Below are positions 1 through 10,330 of a DNA stretch of 29,685 nt, piece after piece (within the stretch, counting starts at the first letter, position 1; every line of letters begins with the position of its first letter). Source of the stretch: a virus (Duplodnaviria; Caudoviricetes). The position numbers and the translations under genes are program-made. The DNA is taken from the IMG/VR virus record IMGVR_UViG_3300025645_000320, positions 1 through 29,685 of that record. The stretch is one strand, 5' to 3'. Below the pieces are notes generated by a model that worked only from the letters and a program-made list of their open reading frames with translations, searched no databases and was not told the origin of the DNA.

Positions 1-3
1 GGT

Positions 4-1338
4 ATGTCTGGTGGGGCGATTGATACCGAAGTCATAAGTCAGGCATTAGGTTCAGCCGTTGTGTTTGAAAGTGCAGCCGTTGGTTCCAACGTGGCATCTA
101 CTTTTGACAGTAATTCAAATAAGGTGGTTATAGTTTACCAAGACACGGCTAACTCTTTCTACGGCACTGCTATTGTCGGTACTGTCAGTGGGACCTCTAT
201 ATCTTTTGGAAGCCCTGTTGTGTTTTCGTCAGCGAATAGGACGCAAGAGATACAAATTACTTTTGACTCCAATAGTAATAAAGTCGTAGTTGCGTATGAC
301 GATAAAGCTGACGGGCAAAAGGGTAAAGCCATAGTCGGAACTGTATCTGGAACGTCAATTAGTTTTGGAAGCGCCGTGGTTTTCAATAATGGGTCTACCG
401 ATACGGGTACACCTAACGCAATTACATTTGACTCTAACAGCAATAAGGTCGTAATTGCCTTCCAAGATAAGGCTGATACCAACAAAGGCAAAGCTATCGT
501 CGGGACGGTTAGCGGAACCTCTATTAGTTTTGGAAGTGAAGCAACCTTTTTAAATGCTGATTATGCCACCCATGTATCGGCAACTTTTGACTCCAACAGT
601 AACAAGGTTGTTATTGTTTATAAGGACGGCTCTAACTCCACACACGGTTATGCCGTAGTTGGAACTGTTAGCAGTACCTCAATCAGTTTTGGTACGCCTG
701 TGGTCTTTGAGTCAGCCGCAACAAATAACCCCAACGTAGCTTTTGATACAGTTAATAATAAGATAGTAATTGCATATGCTGACGGAACCGTAGGAACAGC
801 GATTGTTGGAACTGTATCTGGAACGGCAATTAGTTTTGGAAGTCCTGTAATTTTTAATAGCACTGAAACCACAAGCCCTAGAGTACGTTTTGACGCAACC
901 GCAAGTAAAATAGTAATTGCTTACGGAGAGGGCAGTTCTAACGTAGGAACATTTAAAACGGGAACTGTTAGCGGAACATCCATTAGCTTTGGCTCTGCTA
1001 CCGTATTTGAAAGTGGTGCTACCAATGGACAAAACGGGTTAGTTTACGACAGTAATGCTGGAAAAATGGTGCTTTCCTATTATTCTGGTAGCAACTCAGG
1101 CTATGGGACTTCTAAGGTGCTTCAAACTGGATACACCAACATTACTAGAGGCGAAGTAGCCGACGGTGACAATGCAACCGTGGACATCGTAGGCACTGTC
1201 TCAAGCAACCAACTGAGCCTCACGGCAGGGCAGCAATACTTTGTGCAGACAGATGGAACGATAGGCACTACAGCAGATAGCCCAAGTGTGTTGGCTGGCA
1301 CTGCAATATCTGCTACAAGTTTGGTAGTGAAAACATAA
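4..1338 (+). CDS. Tail fibre / receptor-binding-type virion protein with a 7-repeat beta-propeller-like domain (N-terminus probably outside the window)
   Basis: Seven ~50-55 aa repeats (VF...FDSNSNKVVI.Y.D....G.AIVGTVSGTSISFGS), S/T/G-rich. The frame is open from base 1 (GGT ATG), so the start may lie upstream. Lies next to the tail gene. Confidence 0.65.
   Translation: MSGGAIDTEVISQALGSAVVFESAAVGSNVASTFDSNSNKVVIVYQDTANSFYGTAIVGTVSGTSISFGSPVVFSSANRTQEIQITFDSNSNKVVVAYDDKADGQKGKAIVGTVSGTSISFGSAVVFNNGSTDTGTPNAITFDSNSNKVVIAFQDKADTNKGKAIVGTVSGTSISFGSEATFLNADYATHVSATFDSNSNKVVIVYKDGSNSTHGYAVVGTVSSTSISFGTPVVFESAATNNPNVAFDTVNNKIVIAYADGTVGTAIVGTVSGTAISFGSPVIFNSTETTSPRVRFDATASKIVIAYGEGSSNVGTFKTGTVSGTSISFGSATVFESGATNGQNGLVYDSNAGKMVLSYYSGSNSGYGTSKVLQTGYTNITRGEVADGDNATVDIVGTVSSNQLSLTAGQQYFVQTDGTIGTTADSPSVLAGTAISATSLVVKT
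55..1130 (+). repeat. Seven tandem intragenic repeats (~150-165 bp each) encoding putative propeller blades
   Basis: FDSNSNKVV occurs 4 times exactly plus 3 degenerate copies (FDTVNNKIV, FDATASKIV, YDSNAGKMV); GTVS(G/S)T(S/A)ISFG occurs 6 times. Confidence 0.9.
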
Positions 1339-1366
1339 GTTCAATTGAACTAATTGAGGAACTGAC

Positions 1367-3304
1367 ATGCCCCTCCAAAAATTACAGTTCCAACCGGGAA
1401 TCAACAAAGAAACAACGTCCTATACAAATGAGGGCGGTTGGTTTGATTGCGACAAGGTAAGATTTAGGCAGGGGTTCCCAGAAAAAATTGGCGGTTGGGC
1501 TAAGTTAGGGCAGAAAAGTTTCCTTGGAACGTGCCGTGCGATGCATCCTTGGCGTACATTAGGTGGGGATCTATATCTTGGTTTGGGTACAAGCTCAAAG
1601 TATTACATAGAGAGCGGGCAAGGGTATTATGATATCACGCCCCTTGATGTAACCACGGCTGCGGGGGATGTTACGTTTAGCGCAACTAATGGATCATCTA
1701 CGATTACTGTTGCGGATGCTTCTCATGGCAGGGTTGCGGGTGATTTTGTTACTTATAGCGGTGCAGCCACGTTAGGTGGCAACATAACTGCTAATGTTCT
1801 TAACCAAGAGTATCAGATTGAAGGGATAAGCGATTCCAATTCCTACACGATTATAGCTCGTGAGGTGAACAGTGTTTCCCAAATAACCGTAGATGGGCAG
1901 TACACGCCTACGCCCGTGACAGCTAATGCTTCTGACACAGGTAACGGGGGGTCTTCAGTTGTTGGGGCGTACCAAGTAAGTGTTGGCTTGAATACATCAC
2001 TGTTTGGCACAGGTTGGGGCGCAGGAACATGGGGCCGCAATACGTGGGGAAGTGCTGCGTCACTGACGCTGACAGATGTTTTACGCATATGGGGCCATGA
2101 CAACTTTGGCGAAGACCTTGTTTTAAATGTTCAAGATGAGGGTGTATTTTACTGGGATGCATCTGCGGTAAGTGCCTTAGATACCCGTGCTGTAAAGTTA
2201 TCCACCTTAGCTGGGGCAAAATCCTGCCCGACAAAAGCAACTAAAGTCATCGTGTCAGACCGTGACAGGCATGTAATTGCGTTTGGTGCTGATGGCTTGG
2301 GTGGCGCGAATGATGCAGAAGGCAACGGCGTTCAAGACCCATTGCTTATACGTTTTAGTGACCAAGAGAACGCAGCGGATTGGTTCCCAACTCCAGAGAA
2401 CACTGCGGGTGATTTGACCATAGGCTCTGGTTCACAGATCGTTACAGCGGTTGAGACGCGGCAACAAGTCATAGTGTTCACAGATATTTCACTATATTCC
2501 ATGCAGTTCATAGGCCCCCCGTTTACCTTTGGAATCAACATGATCTCAGAGAACATCACGATACGTGGCCCGTTGTCTGCTGTCGCCGTTGACGATCAAG
2601 TTTATTGGATGGGTAAGAATGAGTTCTATGTTTACAACGGTTCAGTGCAACGGCTTCCTTGTTCTGTACGAGACTACGTGTTCTCAGACTTCAATGAGCT
2701 TCAGGGCGACAAGTGCTTTGCTTCCGTAAATAGTGCCTTTGGTGAGATATGGTGGTTCTATCCATCTAGCAGTAGCGACAACATCGACAGATATGTTGTT
2801 TATAACTACCAACAAAGCATATGGTACATTGGCACTTTAGCGCGTTCATTCTGGATTGATCGCGGCGTGTTCAACTTGCCAATAGCAGCGGGGCTTGACG
2901 GTTACTTGTACAACCATGAGACGGGTTTTGATGATGGCAGCAACAATCCTGCCAGCGGCATTTCTGCGTACATTGAGTCTAGTCAGTTTGACATTGGGGA
3001 AGGTGAGCAGTTTTCTTTTGTCCGTAGGCTTATACCAGACCTCACGTTCCGCGACTCAACATCTACAGATGCGGCGGTGAATTTTACATTGAAAGCTAGA
3101 AACTTTCCCGGCGGTGCATACCTGCAAGAAAACACGAAGAGCGTAGAAAAGACTGCGACAGTACCTGTTGAGCAGTTTACGCAAGATGCACATGTACGTT
3201 TGAGAGGTCGCTCTGTAGCAATAAAGGTGGATAGTTCTGAGAGGGGAACGGCTTGGCGGTTAGGATCTCCAAGAATCGAAGTACGAACAGATGGTAAGCG
3301 GTAA
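1367..3304 (+). CDS. Phage tail stabilisation / nozzle-like protein (P22 gp10-like role inferred)
   Basis: 645 aa, GAGGA RBS, W/G-rich beta-strand pattern (LIRFSDQEN...W, VYWMG..EFYVYNG, EIWWFYPS...DRYVVYNY....WYIG.LAR..W.D); the N-terminus MPLQKLQFQPGINKE.T.Y..EGGW.D.DKVRFR.G.PEKIGGW resembles marine podophage tail proteins as I recall them; position before the ejection-type genes. Confidence 0.7.
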   Translation: MPLQKLQFQPGINKETTSYTNEGGWFDCDKVRFRQGFPEKIGGWAKLGQKSFLGTCRAMHPWRTLGGDLYLGLGTSSKYYIESGQGYYDITPLDVTTAAGDVTFSATNGSSTITVADASHGRVAGDFVTYSGAATLGGNITANVLNQEYQIEGISDSNSYTIIAREVNSVSQITVDGQYTPTPVTANASDTGNGGSSVVGAYQVSVGLNTSLFGTGWGAGTWGRNTWGSAASLTLTDVLRIWGHDNFGEDLVLNVQDEGVFYWDASAVSALDTRAVKLSTLAGAKSCPTKATKVIVSDRDRHVIAFGADGLGGANDAEGNGVQDPLLIRFSDQENAADWFPTPENTAGDLTIGSGSQIVTAVETRQQVIVFTDISLYSMQFIGPPFTFGINMISENITIRGPLSAVAVDDQVYWMGKNEFYVYNGSVQRLPCSVRDYVFSDFNELQGDKCFASVNSAFGEIWWFYPSSSSDNIDRYVVYNYQQSIWYIGTLARSFWIDRGVFNLPIAAGLDGYLYNHETGFDDGSNNPASGISAYIESSQFDIGEGEQFSFVRRLIPDLTFRDSTSTDAAVNFTLKARNFPGGAYLQENTKSVEKTATVPVEQFTQDAHVRLRGRSVAIKVDSSERGTAWRLGSPRIEVRTDGKR

Positions 3305-3600
3305 TGTCTCGAAACTTATCCATACCGTACTTTCCCAATGCTCCCGAAACATATAGTCAACAATATCTGGCAGAGGTTGTTCGCTCGTTTTCTATTTACG
3401 TGCAGCAAATACAGAATCCCGGTGAAGGTAGAAATACGTTTAGCGTTTTTACAAACTTACAGACAGACGATTCTGGTTTGGAGCTTGGGGCTATCTTTAA
3501 TCACGAGGGATATGTTAAGGTTGCAGAAATAAATACGCCTCATCTGCGTGGATCAGAGGGGACTGGCGCTGTTGGCTCCGTAACGGTTACAACAACATAG
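3304..3600 (+). CDS. Hypothetical phage protein (probable small virion protein)
   Basis: 98 aa, TAATG coupling to the upstream gene, located in the structural module. Confidence 0.75.
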   Translation: MSRNLSIPYFPNAPETYSQQYLAEVVRSFSIYVQQIQNPGEGRNTFSVFTNLQTDDSGLELGAIFNHEGYVKVAEINTPHLRGSEGTGAVGSVTVTTT

Positions 3601-3607
3601 GTGAAAA

Positions 3608-3841
3608 ATGTCTGACGAAACGATTATTATAATGGATGACGGGGGTCGGTTTCGGCCTTCATCCTCTGTAGACAAGTTGCAGTGCCATCATTGCGATAAT
3701 TTGGTGGATACACCGGAAGAGGTTGCTTCTTATCCAGAGGGAACTTGTCCGGACTGTGGTAAAAGTTGGACGGCGGAGACAAAAAGACACACCTCTGTGA
3801 CGGTAACAATGCCGGAAGCGGCGGGTGGCTCTACATTGTGA
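3608..3841 (+). CDS. Small zinc-ribbon protein
   Basis: 77 aa with CHHC...CPDC pairs; AGGTG RBS before the ATG. Confidence 0.75.
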   Translation: MSDETIIIMDDGGRFRPSSSVDKLQCHHCDNLVDTPEEVASYPEGTCPDCGKSWTAETKRHTSVTVTMPEAAGGSTL

Positions 3842-3865
3842 TTATGGTGGAAACCATGCTATAAG
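3836..3865 (+). promoter_or_regulatory. Possible sigma70-like promoter upstream of the internal virion genes
   Basis: TTGTGA (3836-3841), 18 nt, TATAAG (3860-3865) with an extended -10 TG at 3857-3858, in the largest intergenic gap of the structural module. Confidence 0.35.
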
Positions 3866-3900
3866 TTTGATAACATGCGGGTAAGACATAGGTTTAAAAC

Positions 3901-5367
3901 ATGCAATATGACTCTTTGAAACAAATGCCCGCTGGCGGTTTGGCTTCTTTTCTTACGTCAAACATGGACGAAATAGAAGATAATGTTTTAGCTTTTGGTG
4001 CCCCACGGGGCATCAATTCTATGGTGGATGTCGGCAATCGCATGGCGATGATGGGTCGCAATGGTGACGATCAGCTTGTACATGCCCGTTCTCGTGAAGT
4101 CATGGTTTCTCCAGAAATCTTGGAAGAAAACCCTAAGCTTGCAAATGAGTTGACGAAAGCGTTTGACCGTTCAAACGTAGACATGGCGCGTTATGAGGTT
4201 GGTAATCCAGCAAATTCTATTAATCCTATGACGGGTCAACGAGAGTTTTTTCTTAAAAAGTTAATTGGCGGCATTAAGGATATTTTCAAGAAGATTGCTC
4301 CGGTTGTTATACCAATTGGCCTTAACATGTTGTTTCCGGGCCTTGGCACAGTTGCGTCTGGAGCGTTGGGCGCGGGCATTGGTACGTTGGTTCAAGGCGG
4401 TAGCTTTAAGGATGCGTTAAAATCAGCGGCCCTTGGTGGTGTAATGGGCGGTGTGAGTGCGGGCATTGGAATTGGCGGGCCTGCGGGCGCAGAAGGTTTT
4501 AAAGAGCGGGCCTTTGGCGCACTTGGCGGAATGGATACGCCTATTGTACGTCCGGGCATGTTTGGGACACCGAAGGTTCCTCCTTCGGCTTCGCCTGTGA
4601 CGACGACACCAACCGCCATGACAAGTGGAGCGGAACTTTCGCAGGGGCCAACACCGGGCGCTTCGTCCAGCGTTTTAGACAAAGCGAAAGATTTTTATGG
4701 CGAGTATTTGTCACCAAACCGCAATGTGTTAAACCCAACTGAAATGGCGACTGAGGCGAGCAAGCTTGTAAGCAGCACTCCTGCTTTGACCGAAATGGCA
4801 AAAACAATGCCAACTAAGGCGTTTGAACTCGCTATGGAAACGGTAAAGTCACAGCAGCCCGGTATGATTGCGCGTTATGCGCCGCTTGCCCTTGCAGGAA
4901 CCGCGGTCTTTGGCGCAGCGGGCGGGTTTGAAACACCAAAAGAAGATTTAGGCGGTTCTCCATTTGGCATAAGTTCACAGGAGCTTTATGACCAAAACCC
5001 AAGCAAATACAGCGTGTTTGCGGGGTACAACATGCCCACGCCTATGTCACGAGTCAGCCAACCCGTAGAAAAGGATGATCGTGATTACATCTTCCAAAGC
5101 TATCTTCAACCGCAGTATGCTGCGGAGGGTGGCGCAATGAACCGCCAAGGTCAGCGAAATATGGCGTTGGAAGACTTCCCGCGTCGTCAAGGATATATCG
5201 CGGGCCCCGGTACAGAAACTTCAGATGATATACCCGCTATGTTATCGGATGGTGAGTTTGTAATGACCGCTCGTGCGGTACGCGGCTTGGGCGACGGTAG
5301 TCGCAAGCGGGGGGTTAAGAAAATGTACGATATGATGAGGGCTTTTGAAGGGGGTGTAGTAGCGTGA
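3901..5367 (+). CDS. Internal virion / DNA ejection-type protein
   Basis: 488 aa with Gly-rich hydrophobic segments (PGLGTVASGALGAGIGTLVQGG; ALGGVMGGVSAGIG) and a C-terminal GPGTETSDDIPAMLSDGEFV motif of the kind seen in tape-measure/ejection proteins. Confidence 0.6.
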   Translation: MQYDSLKQMPAGGLASFLTSNMDEIEDNVLAFGAPRGINSMVDVGNRMAMMGRNGDDQLVHARSREVMVSPEILEENPKLANELTKAFDRSNVDMARYEVGNPANSINPMTGQREFFLKKLIGGIKDIFKKIAPVVIPIGLNMLFPGLGTVASGALGAGIGTLVQGGSFKDALKSAALGGVMGGVSAGIGIGGPAGAEGFKERAFGALGGMDTPIVRPGMFGTPKVPPSASPVTTTPTAMTSGAELSQGPTPGASSSVLDKAKDFYGEYLSPNRNVLNPTEMATEASKLVSSTPALTEMAKTMPTKAFELAMETVKSQQPGMIARYAPLALAGTAVFGAAGGFETPKEDLGGSPFGISSQELYDQNPSKYSVFAGYNMPTPMSRVSQPVEKDDRDYIFQSYLQPQYAAEGGAMNRQGQRNMALEDFPRRQGYIAGPGTETSDDIPAMLSDGEFVMTARAVRGLGDGSRKRGVKKMYDMMRAFEGGVVA

Positions 5368-7631
5368 GTGTACAAACAACCATAACCCGCCAAGACCCTG
5401 CTATTGAGGCATATCGGTTAGGTCTTCTGGGCGATGTACAAGGGCTTGTTCGAAATCAAATGTTTGGTCAGCAAGTTCAAAACTTGCGGGGGCAGGGCCT
5501 AAACGATGAAGAAATTGCGGCTCGTTTATCCACCGGACAAGGCACTGAAGGCGAAGAGGGGTATGTTCCCGGAACTGTTTATACTGCGGATCAAATTGGT
5601 CAAGTAAGTCCGGACGCCCAGTTTGCACCGCCCGATTATCAAGTTGCGGGCTTGTCGCAAAACCAAACGGACGCGGCTAATCTTGCGGCTAGAGGCGTGG
5701 GGTCATACCAACCTTTTGTTCAAGGTGGTTTGCAAGCGATTCAGCGTGGAATCCCACAACTAGCGGCATCTACGTTTGGCGGGTTGCGTGAAGCTCAAAT
5801 TGCACAAAATATTGCGGGGCAAGGTTTAGGTTTTGCGCGGTTAGGAACACAGGGCGCTATGGCGGATCTTCAGGGATCCTCTTCGCAAGCCGCAATGCAG
5901 GCGGCAAGAACGGGTCGTCAATTAGGTCAGATAGGTCGCGGCGCTCAAGATATTGCCGCGCAAGCCCGCATGGGCGGGCAAAATGTTCTGGGTCGTCAAG
6001 CTATGGGACTTGCTCGTGCGGAAGACACGATGGGTCAAAATGTGGCTCGCGGTCAAGCGCAAATGGGAGAAGCCGTAGACCGCGCTCGTGCGTCTACTGG
6101 GCGAGCAACAGATGCTCTCTATGGCGCAGGCGACGCGTCTCGCGGGATAGCCGCAGACGTCACGGGCCGCGCTCGTGGGCTACAAGATCCTTTAGAAGGT
6201 CGTCTTTTAGGTTCAACTGCGGGCGGACTTGGCGAAGCGCAACGCGGACAGATAGGCGCAGATGAAGCCGCTCGCCTTGCGCGTATGTCTACTGCGCGGT
6301 CGCAGGAGCAATTGGGCCGTGCCGCAGAGTTTGGCATGGGAACAGCGCAATCGGGTATTGCAGGCCTTATGGGCGCATCCGCAGAGTTTAACCCGTACTC
6401 TGCTTACCAGTATATGAACCCGTTTGAAGATGTTGCCGTTCAGCAAGCTTTGCGGGACATTCAGCGTCAGGGAGATATACAGGCCCAGAACGTGGCGGCA
6501 CAGGCGGTGCAGTCCGGGGCCTTTGGGGGAAGTCGTCAAGCTGTCGCAGAGGCGGAACTGGGCCGTAACGTTTTGGAACAACAAGGCCGGACCGCGGCTC
6601 AAATGCGGCAAGCGGGTTTTGAAAGTGCGGGCCAGAGAGCGCAGACGGCTTTCGAACAAGCGCGTCAACGTCAGATTGCGGCAGCACAAACAACGGGGCA
6701 GTTGGGTCAGGCGGGTGCCGGAACTTCTGCGCAGGCTGCGCAAGCCGCGGGACAGTTAGGTTTGGGCGCAGAACAACTGGCTCAAACAGGAGCCTTGCAA
6801 GGGGCACAATTGGGCTTGTCCTCCAGACAGTTTGAGGCAGCTAACGCAAAAGCAATTGCTGACACTGGTTTGAGTATTGAACAACTTGCGTCGCAAACTG
6901 GCTTGCAGGCACAACAGATTGCCGGAAACTTTGCACAAGCAGCGGGCCAAATGGGTTTACAGACAGAACAGATGGCGGCTCAAACGGCGGAACGCGCTGC
7001 TAATCTTGGCATGACCGAAGCGCAATTCCAAGCAGCTAACCAGCAAGCTTTGGCCTCTACAGGCATGAACGTGGAGCAGTTATCGGCTCAAACGGGCATG
7101 AATGCCCAGCAACTTGCGGGTCAGTTAACAACGCAAGCGGGTCAAATGGGCATGGACGCTGCGCGTATTCGCCAAGCGGGTGCGCAACAAGCGGGTGCGT
7201 TGTCACAAGGTCTTGGTTCACTAATGGGTAGCACCGCGACGAATATGGGTCAGTTAGGGTTGTCCGCCCGTCAGCAACAGGCCTCAAATGCCGCACAGCA
7301 AGCGCAAATGGGTATTCAACAAGCTGGACTTGGTGAGTTAGAACAAGCCATGCGTAACCGCGACGTAAGCTCTTTGATGCAGACGGGCGGAATGCAGCAA
7401 GCGCAGGACCAATCAGTGTTAGATGCTACCCGCCTAAGCAACATGCAGCGGTATCAACAACCATTCCAACAGCTAGGGTTTTTGTCTGACGTATATGCAG
7501 GCATACCAACGTCGCAATCGACACAAACTATGACGTCCGGAAGCAGCGCGTCACCATTTATGCAGGCAGCAACCCTTGGCATAGCGGGACTTTCCGCCGC
7601 TTCGGGCGCTCAGAATGCGGGGATTTTATAA
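5364..7631 (+). CDS. DNA transfer / pilot-like ejection protein (Q/A/G-rich helical)
   Basis: 755 aa, GTG start overlapping the upstream TGA (GTGA); YMNPF....V...GAFGGSR motif; 11/18-residue helical periodicity; hydrophobic Gly-rich C-terminus. Confidence 0.65.
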   Translation: MSVQTTITRQDPAIEAYRLGLLGDVQGLVRNQMFGQQVQNLRGQGLNDEEIAARLSTGQGTEGEEGYVPGTVYTADQIGQVSPDAQFAPPDYQVAGLSQNQTDAANLAARGVGSYQPFVQGGLQAIQRGIPQLAASTFGGLREAQIAQNIAGQGLGFARLGTQGAMADLQGSSSQAAMQAARTGRQLGQIGRGAQDIAAQARMGGQNVLGRQAMGLARAEDTMGQNVARGQAQMGEAVDRARASTGRATDALYGAGDASRGIAADVTGRARGLQDPLEGRLLGSTAGGLGEAQRGQIGADEAARLARMSTARSQEQLGRAAEFGMGTAQSGIAGLMGASAEFNPYSAYQYMNPFEDVAVQQALRDIQRQGDIQAQNVAAQAVQSGAFGGSRQAVAEAELGRNVLEQQGRTAAQMRQAGFESAGQRAQTAFEQARQRQIAAAQTTGQLGQAGAGTSAQAAQAAGQLGLGAEQLAQTGALQGAQLGLSSRQFEAANAKAIADTGLSIEQLASQTGLQAQQIAGNFAQAAGQMGLQTEQMAAQTAERAANLGMTEAQFQAANQQALASTGMNVEQLSAQTGMNAQQLAGQLTTQAGQMGMDAARIRQAGAQQAGALSQGLGSLMGSTATNMGQLGLSARQQQASNAAQQAQMGIQQAGLGELEQAMRNRDVSSLMQTGGMQQAQDQSVLDATRLSNMQRYQQPFQQLGFLSDVYAGIPTSQSTQTMTSGSSASPFMQAATLGIAGLSAASGAQNAGIL

Positions 7632-10318
7632 TGAACGAAGGTTTTAAAGCACTTCCTGAACAGGTGCAGCGTAAAATTAATCCTGAAATGGCGGAGCAGT
7701 TTATGGGCGGGGGAGCAGTTTTGCAACGTCCGCTTTTCCGTCAGATGGGCGGACCTGCACAGCCCATGCCTCAAGATATGATGCCCGCGGCCCCTGCTTC
7801 AATGCCCGAAGAAGAGCTTATGCAGGTCGAGGGATCAATGGAGCAAGTAGGTCGCGATTATGTGGGCCAAATGATGGGCAACATTGACGCTGCGGAAGAT
7901 GTAACAAGTATGATTGACGCGCTACGAGGAAACGAAGCGCCTATTGAACAACGGTACGCGGAGCTTGCGCAATTTGTTGGAGAAGCCGATGCGGGCCGGA
8001 CGCCGGAGAGTGTTTTGGCGATGGTGCAGCCCACTATAATGATGACAGAACAAGGTGTGGTAGACAGCGGCATAGGGCAGTTAATGCAGGGCATAGCTTC
8101 TTCCGAAATGGAAGATGAGATGGGCAGAGCTACTGAAATGGGTCAGGGCGTAGGCGAACTCATGGCACGGGGAGCGGGCAACACTCCACCCGTAAATTTT
8201 AATCAAGGCGGAGAGGTTGCGGTCCGCAAGTTTCAGGCCGGAACACCTGAAACTGGAAATTTATCCCAACCGTCAGAACTAATGAGTTTAAACCCCTATC
8301 TTCAACGGGCGCAATCCGCTCGCGAAAATATTTTGGGTTCTCCTGCGGAACGTGCCGCACAGTTAGACGAACAGAAAAAACTTTCTAAGGCTCAAATGTT
8401 TTTTGATCTTGCGCAAACGGCATTGGCCGCAGGCGCTCCTACTGACCGTCCCATGTCCGCGGCAGAAAGAATTATTAATGCAACGCAGCAAACACAGTTT
8501 TTTGATCGTTTAGGTCAGCGGGCTTCTGATTTCCAAGCAAGCAAAGATTTGCAACGGCAACAAGACCAACAGATGAGATTAAGCGCGTTGGATTCCGCTG
8601 AGAAATCATTGGCGGCGCAAGAAGAGCGCGGAGGCCGCATGGCCTTGGAGGAATTAAAAATCGAGGCGGACAATCAACGCCTTGATAAGCAACTTGAAGC
8701 ACAAATCGCGGCTGCAACAACAGCCTTTGATAGGCAGGGGATTTTAAATGAAAAGTCCGCGGAATATGAAGAGCGCATTGCTAATCTTAGGATAAGTGCA
8801 ACTGCCGCAGAGGGAACGGCTAATCGCAAACTGCAAGAACGCTTACAAACCGCAGCTAATTCACTCCAAGAAAAATTAGTCGGTCTAAGAGCCGACGCTA
8901 ATCTTGGTAACTCTGTTGCGATGTTTAACCTGCAAAGCGCACTTGATCTTGAAAAGATGGAGATGGGTCAAGAGTTTGAGATAGCCAAGATGAACACCAT
9001 GCAGGGTTATGAAACCATTGCGGCTGAAAAGCAGATGGCGTTTACGGCGGCACAGAATGCGTTAAATCGCATGGTAACTCGCGGAGAGGGTGCGAAGAAC
9101 CGCAGCTTCCAAGCTGAACAAAAGAATCTGGACCGCGAGCTAAACAAAGAATTGACAGAATTGGGTTTAGATGAAACGGCAAAGAGCCGTGTATTGTCTC
9201 ACGCTCAATTTATGATTACCTCTGCGCAAAAAGACCATCAGTTGCTGCAAGGTGATGAACAGCTAACCTTGAACAACGCTATTGCAGGGGTAGATGCTCA
9301 GTACAAAGCTGAAAAACTGGCTCTGGAAAGAGAAGCAATGAATGTTGTCAAGCTGGGCAGCGATGCAAAGAGTGATCAAATCAAGTATATCACTAATGCA
9401 GAGCGCCTTAACCAGTATGCCAACGGCGAGCTTGGAGACAATGCAACCACCTTTGAACAGGCCATACTAGACTACATGAAGCCCACTGAAACATGGGATT
9501 CTGCATTAGGTAAATATGTGCAAGGCAAGTCTCCGGACCTTGCGCCGCGGGTTAAGAAAGCTATTCAGGCGGGAAGCCCAGAGTTCTTTAATCAATTGTT
9601 TGGTGGAGGCGGCACTCCTGCGCCAGCGATTGCCGCGGACGACGGACCTATTGATCTGTCTAAAAAAGCTCCGGACCTTATGACTCCAGATGGAAAAGTA
9701 AATCTTAAGTCCCCCTTGTTTGATCGTGCGGACCCAACTTTGTTTAAGCCAGAGGTTGATTATTCGATGGCAATCGGGGCTTCTCGTGTGATCCCCGGTG
9801 TAAGTAAGGCTTTTTCTGAAGGTGCTTCCGAATTTGGAATTGGTGAAGGAACCGGACCAGAGGGACAAAACCTTTCTCAAGCACAAAAAGATCTAACAAC
9901 CTTGGCAAACCGTTTGTTTTCTTTGACGGTAGACAAGTCTCACGAGGATCGCGTGTTAAAAACAGTTCAAGAGAAATTGGAGAAAGAAGTGGATGGGATC
10001 AGACCCGGCGGCTTCTTGCTTAAAAACGATGCTGATGCTTTGGCGGGATTAAAAACAATGGCTAGTTCTTTAGCTTTAATTATTGAGCTTAACGCTACCA
10101 AAGTACCAGAGTTTGGCGGAAACGCAGAAGGTTACAAAACTGAACAGGTTACACGCGCTCGTGACGCTATTATTTCTTCTGTGCTGGTCTTGAACGAAGT
10201 TCTTGCTTTCCAAAAGCAGTTTGAAATGAACGTTTCTGGGGCGATGGATAGAACTGCTACAGATCAAGGTGTGGACGCCGCAGTAAACTTTTTAGACAAC
10301 TTAGTTCCAAAACAATAG
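7631..10318 (+). CDS. Large coiled-coil internal virion protein (putative)
   Basis: 895 aa, TAATG coupling, long A/E/Q/K/L-rich heptad-like central region; no catalytic motif recognised. Confidence 0.6.
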   Translation: MNEGFKALPEQVQRKINPEMAEQFMGGGAVLQRPLFRQMGGPAQPMPQDMMPAAPASMPEEELMQVEGSMEQVGRDYVGQMMGNIDAAEDVTSMIDALRGNEAPIEQRYAELAQFVGEADAGRTPESVLAMVQPTIMMTEQGVVDSGIGQLMQGIASSEMEDEMGRATEMGQGVGELMARGAGNTPPVNFNQGGEVAVRKFQAGTPETGNLSQPSELMSLNPYLQRAQSARENILGSPAERAAQLDEQKKLSKAQMFFDLAQTALAAGAPTDRPMSAAERIINATQQTQFFDRLGQRASDFQASKDLQRQQDQQMRLSALDSAEKSLAAQEERGGRMALEELKIEADNQRLDKQLEAQIAAATTAFDRQGILNEKSAEYEERIANLRISATAAEGTANRKLQERLQTAANSLQEKLVGLRADANLGNSVAMFNLQSALDLEKMEMGQEFEIAKMNTMQGYETIAAEKQMAFTAAQNALNRMVTRGEGAKNRSFQAEQKNLDRELNKELTELGLDETAKSRVLSHAQFMITSAQKDHQLLQGDEQLTLNNAIAGVDAQYKAEKLALEREAMNVVKLGSDAKSDQIKYITNAERLNQYANGELGDNATTFEQAILDYMKPTETWDSALGKYVQGKSPDLAPRVKKAIQAGSPEFFNQLFGGGGTPAPAIAADDGPIDLSKKAPDLMTPDGKVNLKSPLFDRADPTLFKPEVDYSMAIGASRVIPGVSKAFSEGASEFGIGEGTGPEGQNLSQAQKDLTTLANRLFSLTVDKSHEDRVLKTVQEKLEKEVDGIRPGGFLLKNDADALAGLKTMASSLALIIELNATKVPEFGGNAEGYKTEQVTRARDAIISSVLVLNEVLAFQKQFEMNVSGAMDRTATDQGVDAAVNFLDNLVPKQ

Positions 10319-10330
10319 TGGATTTGTAAG

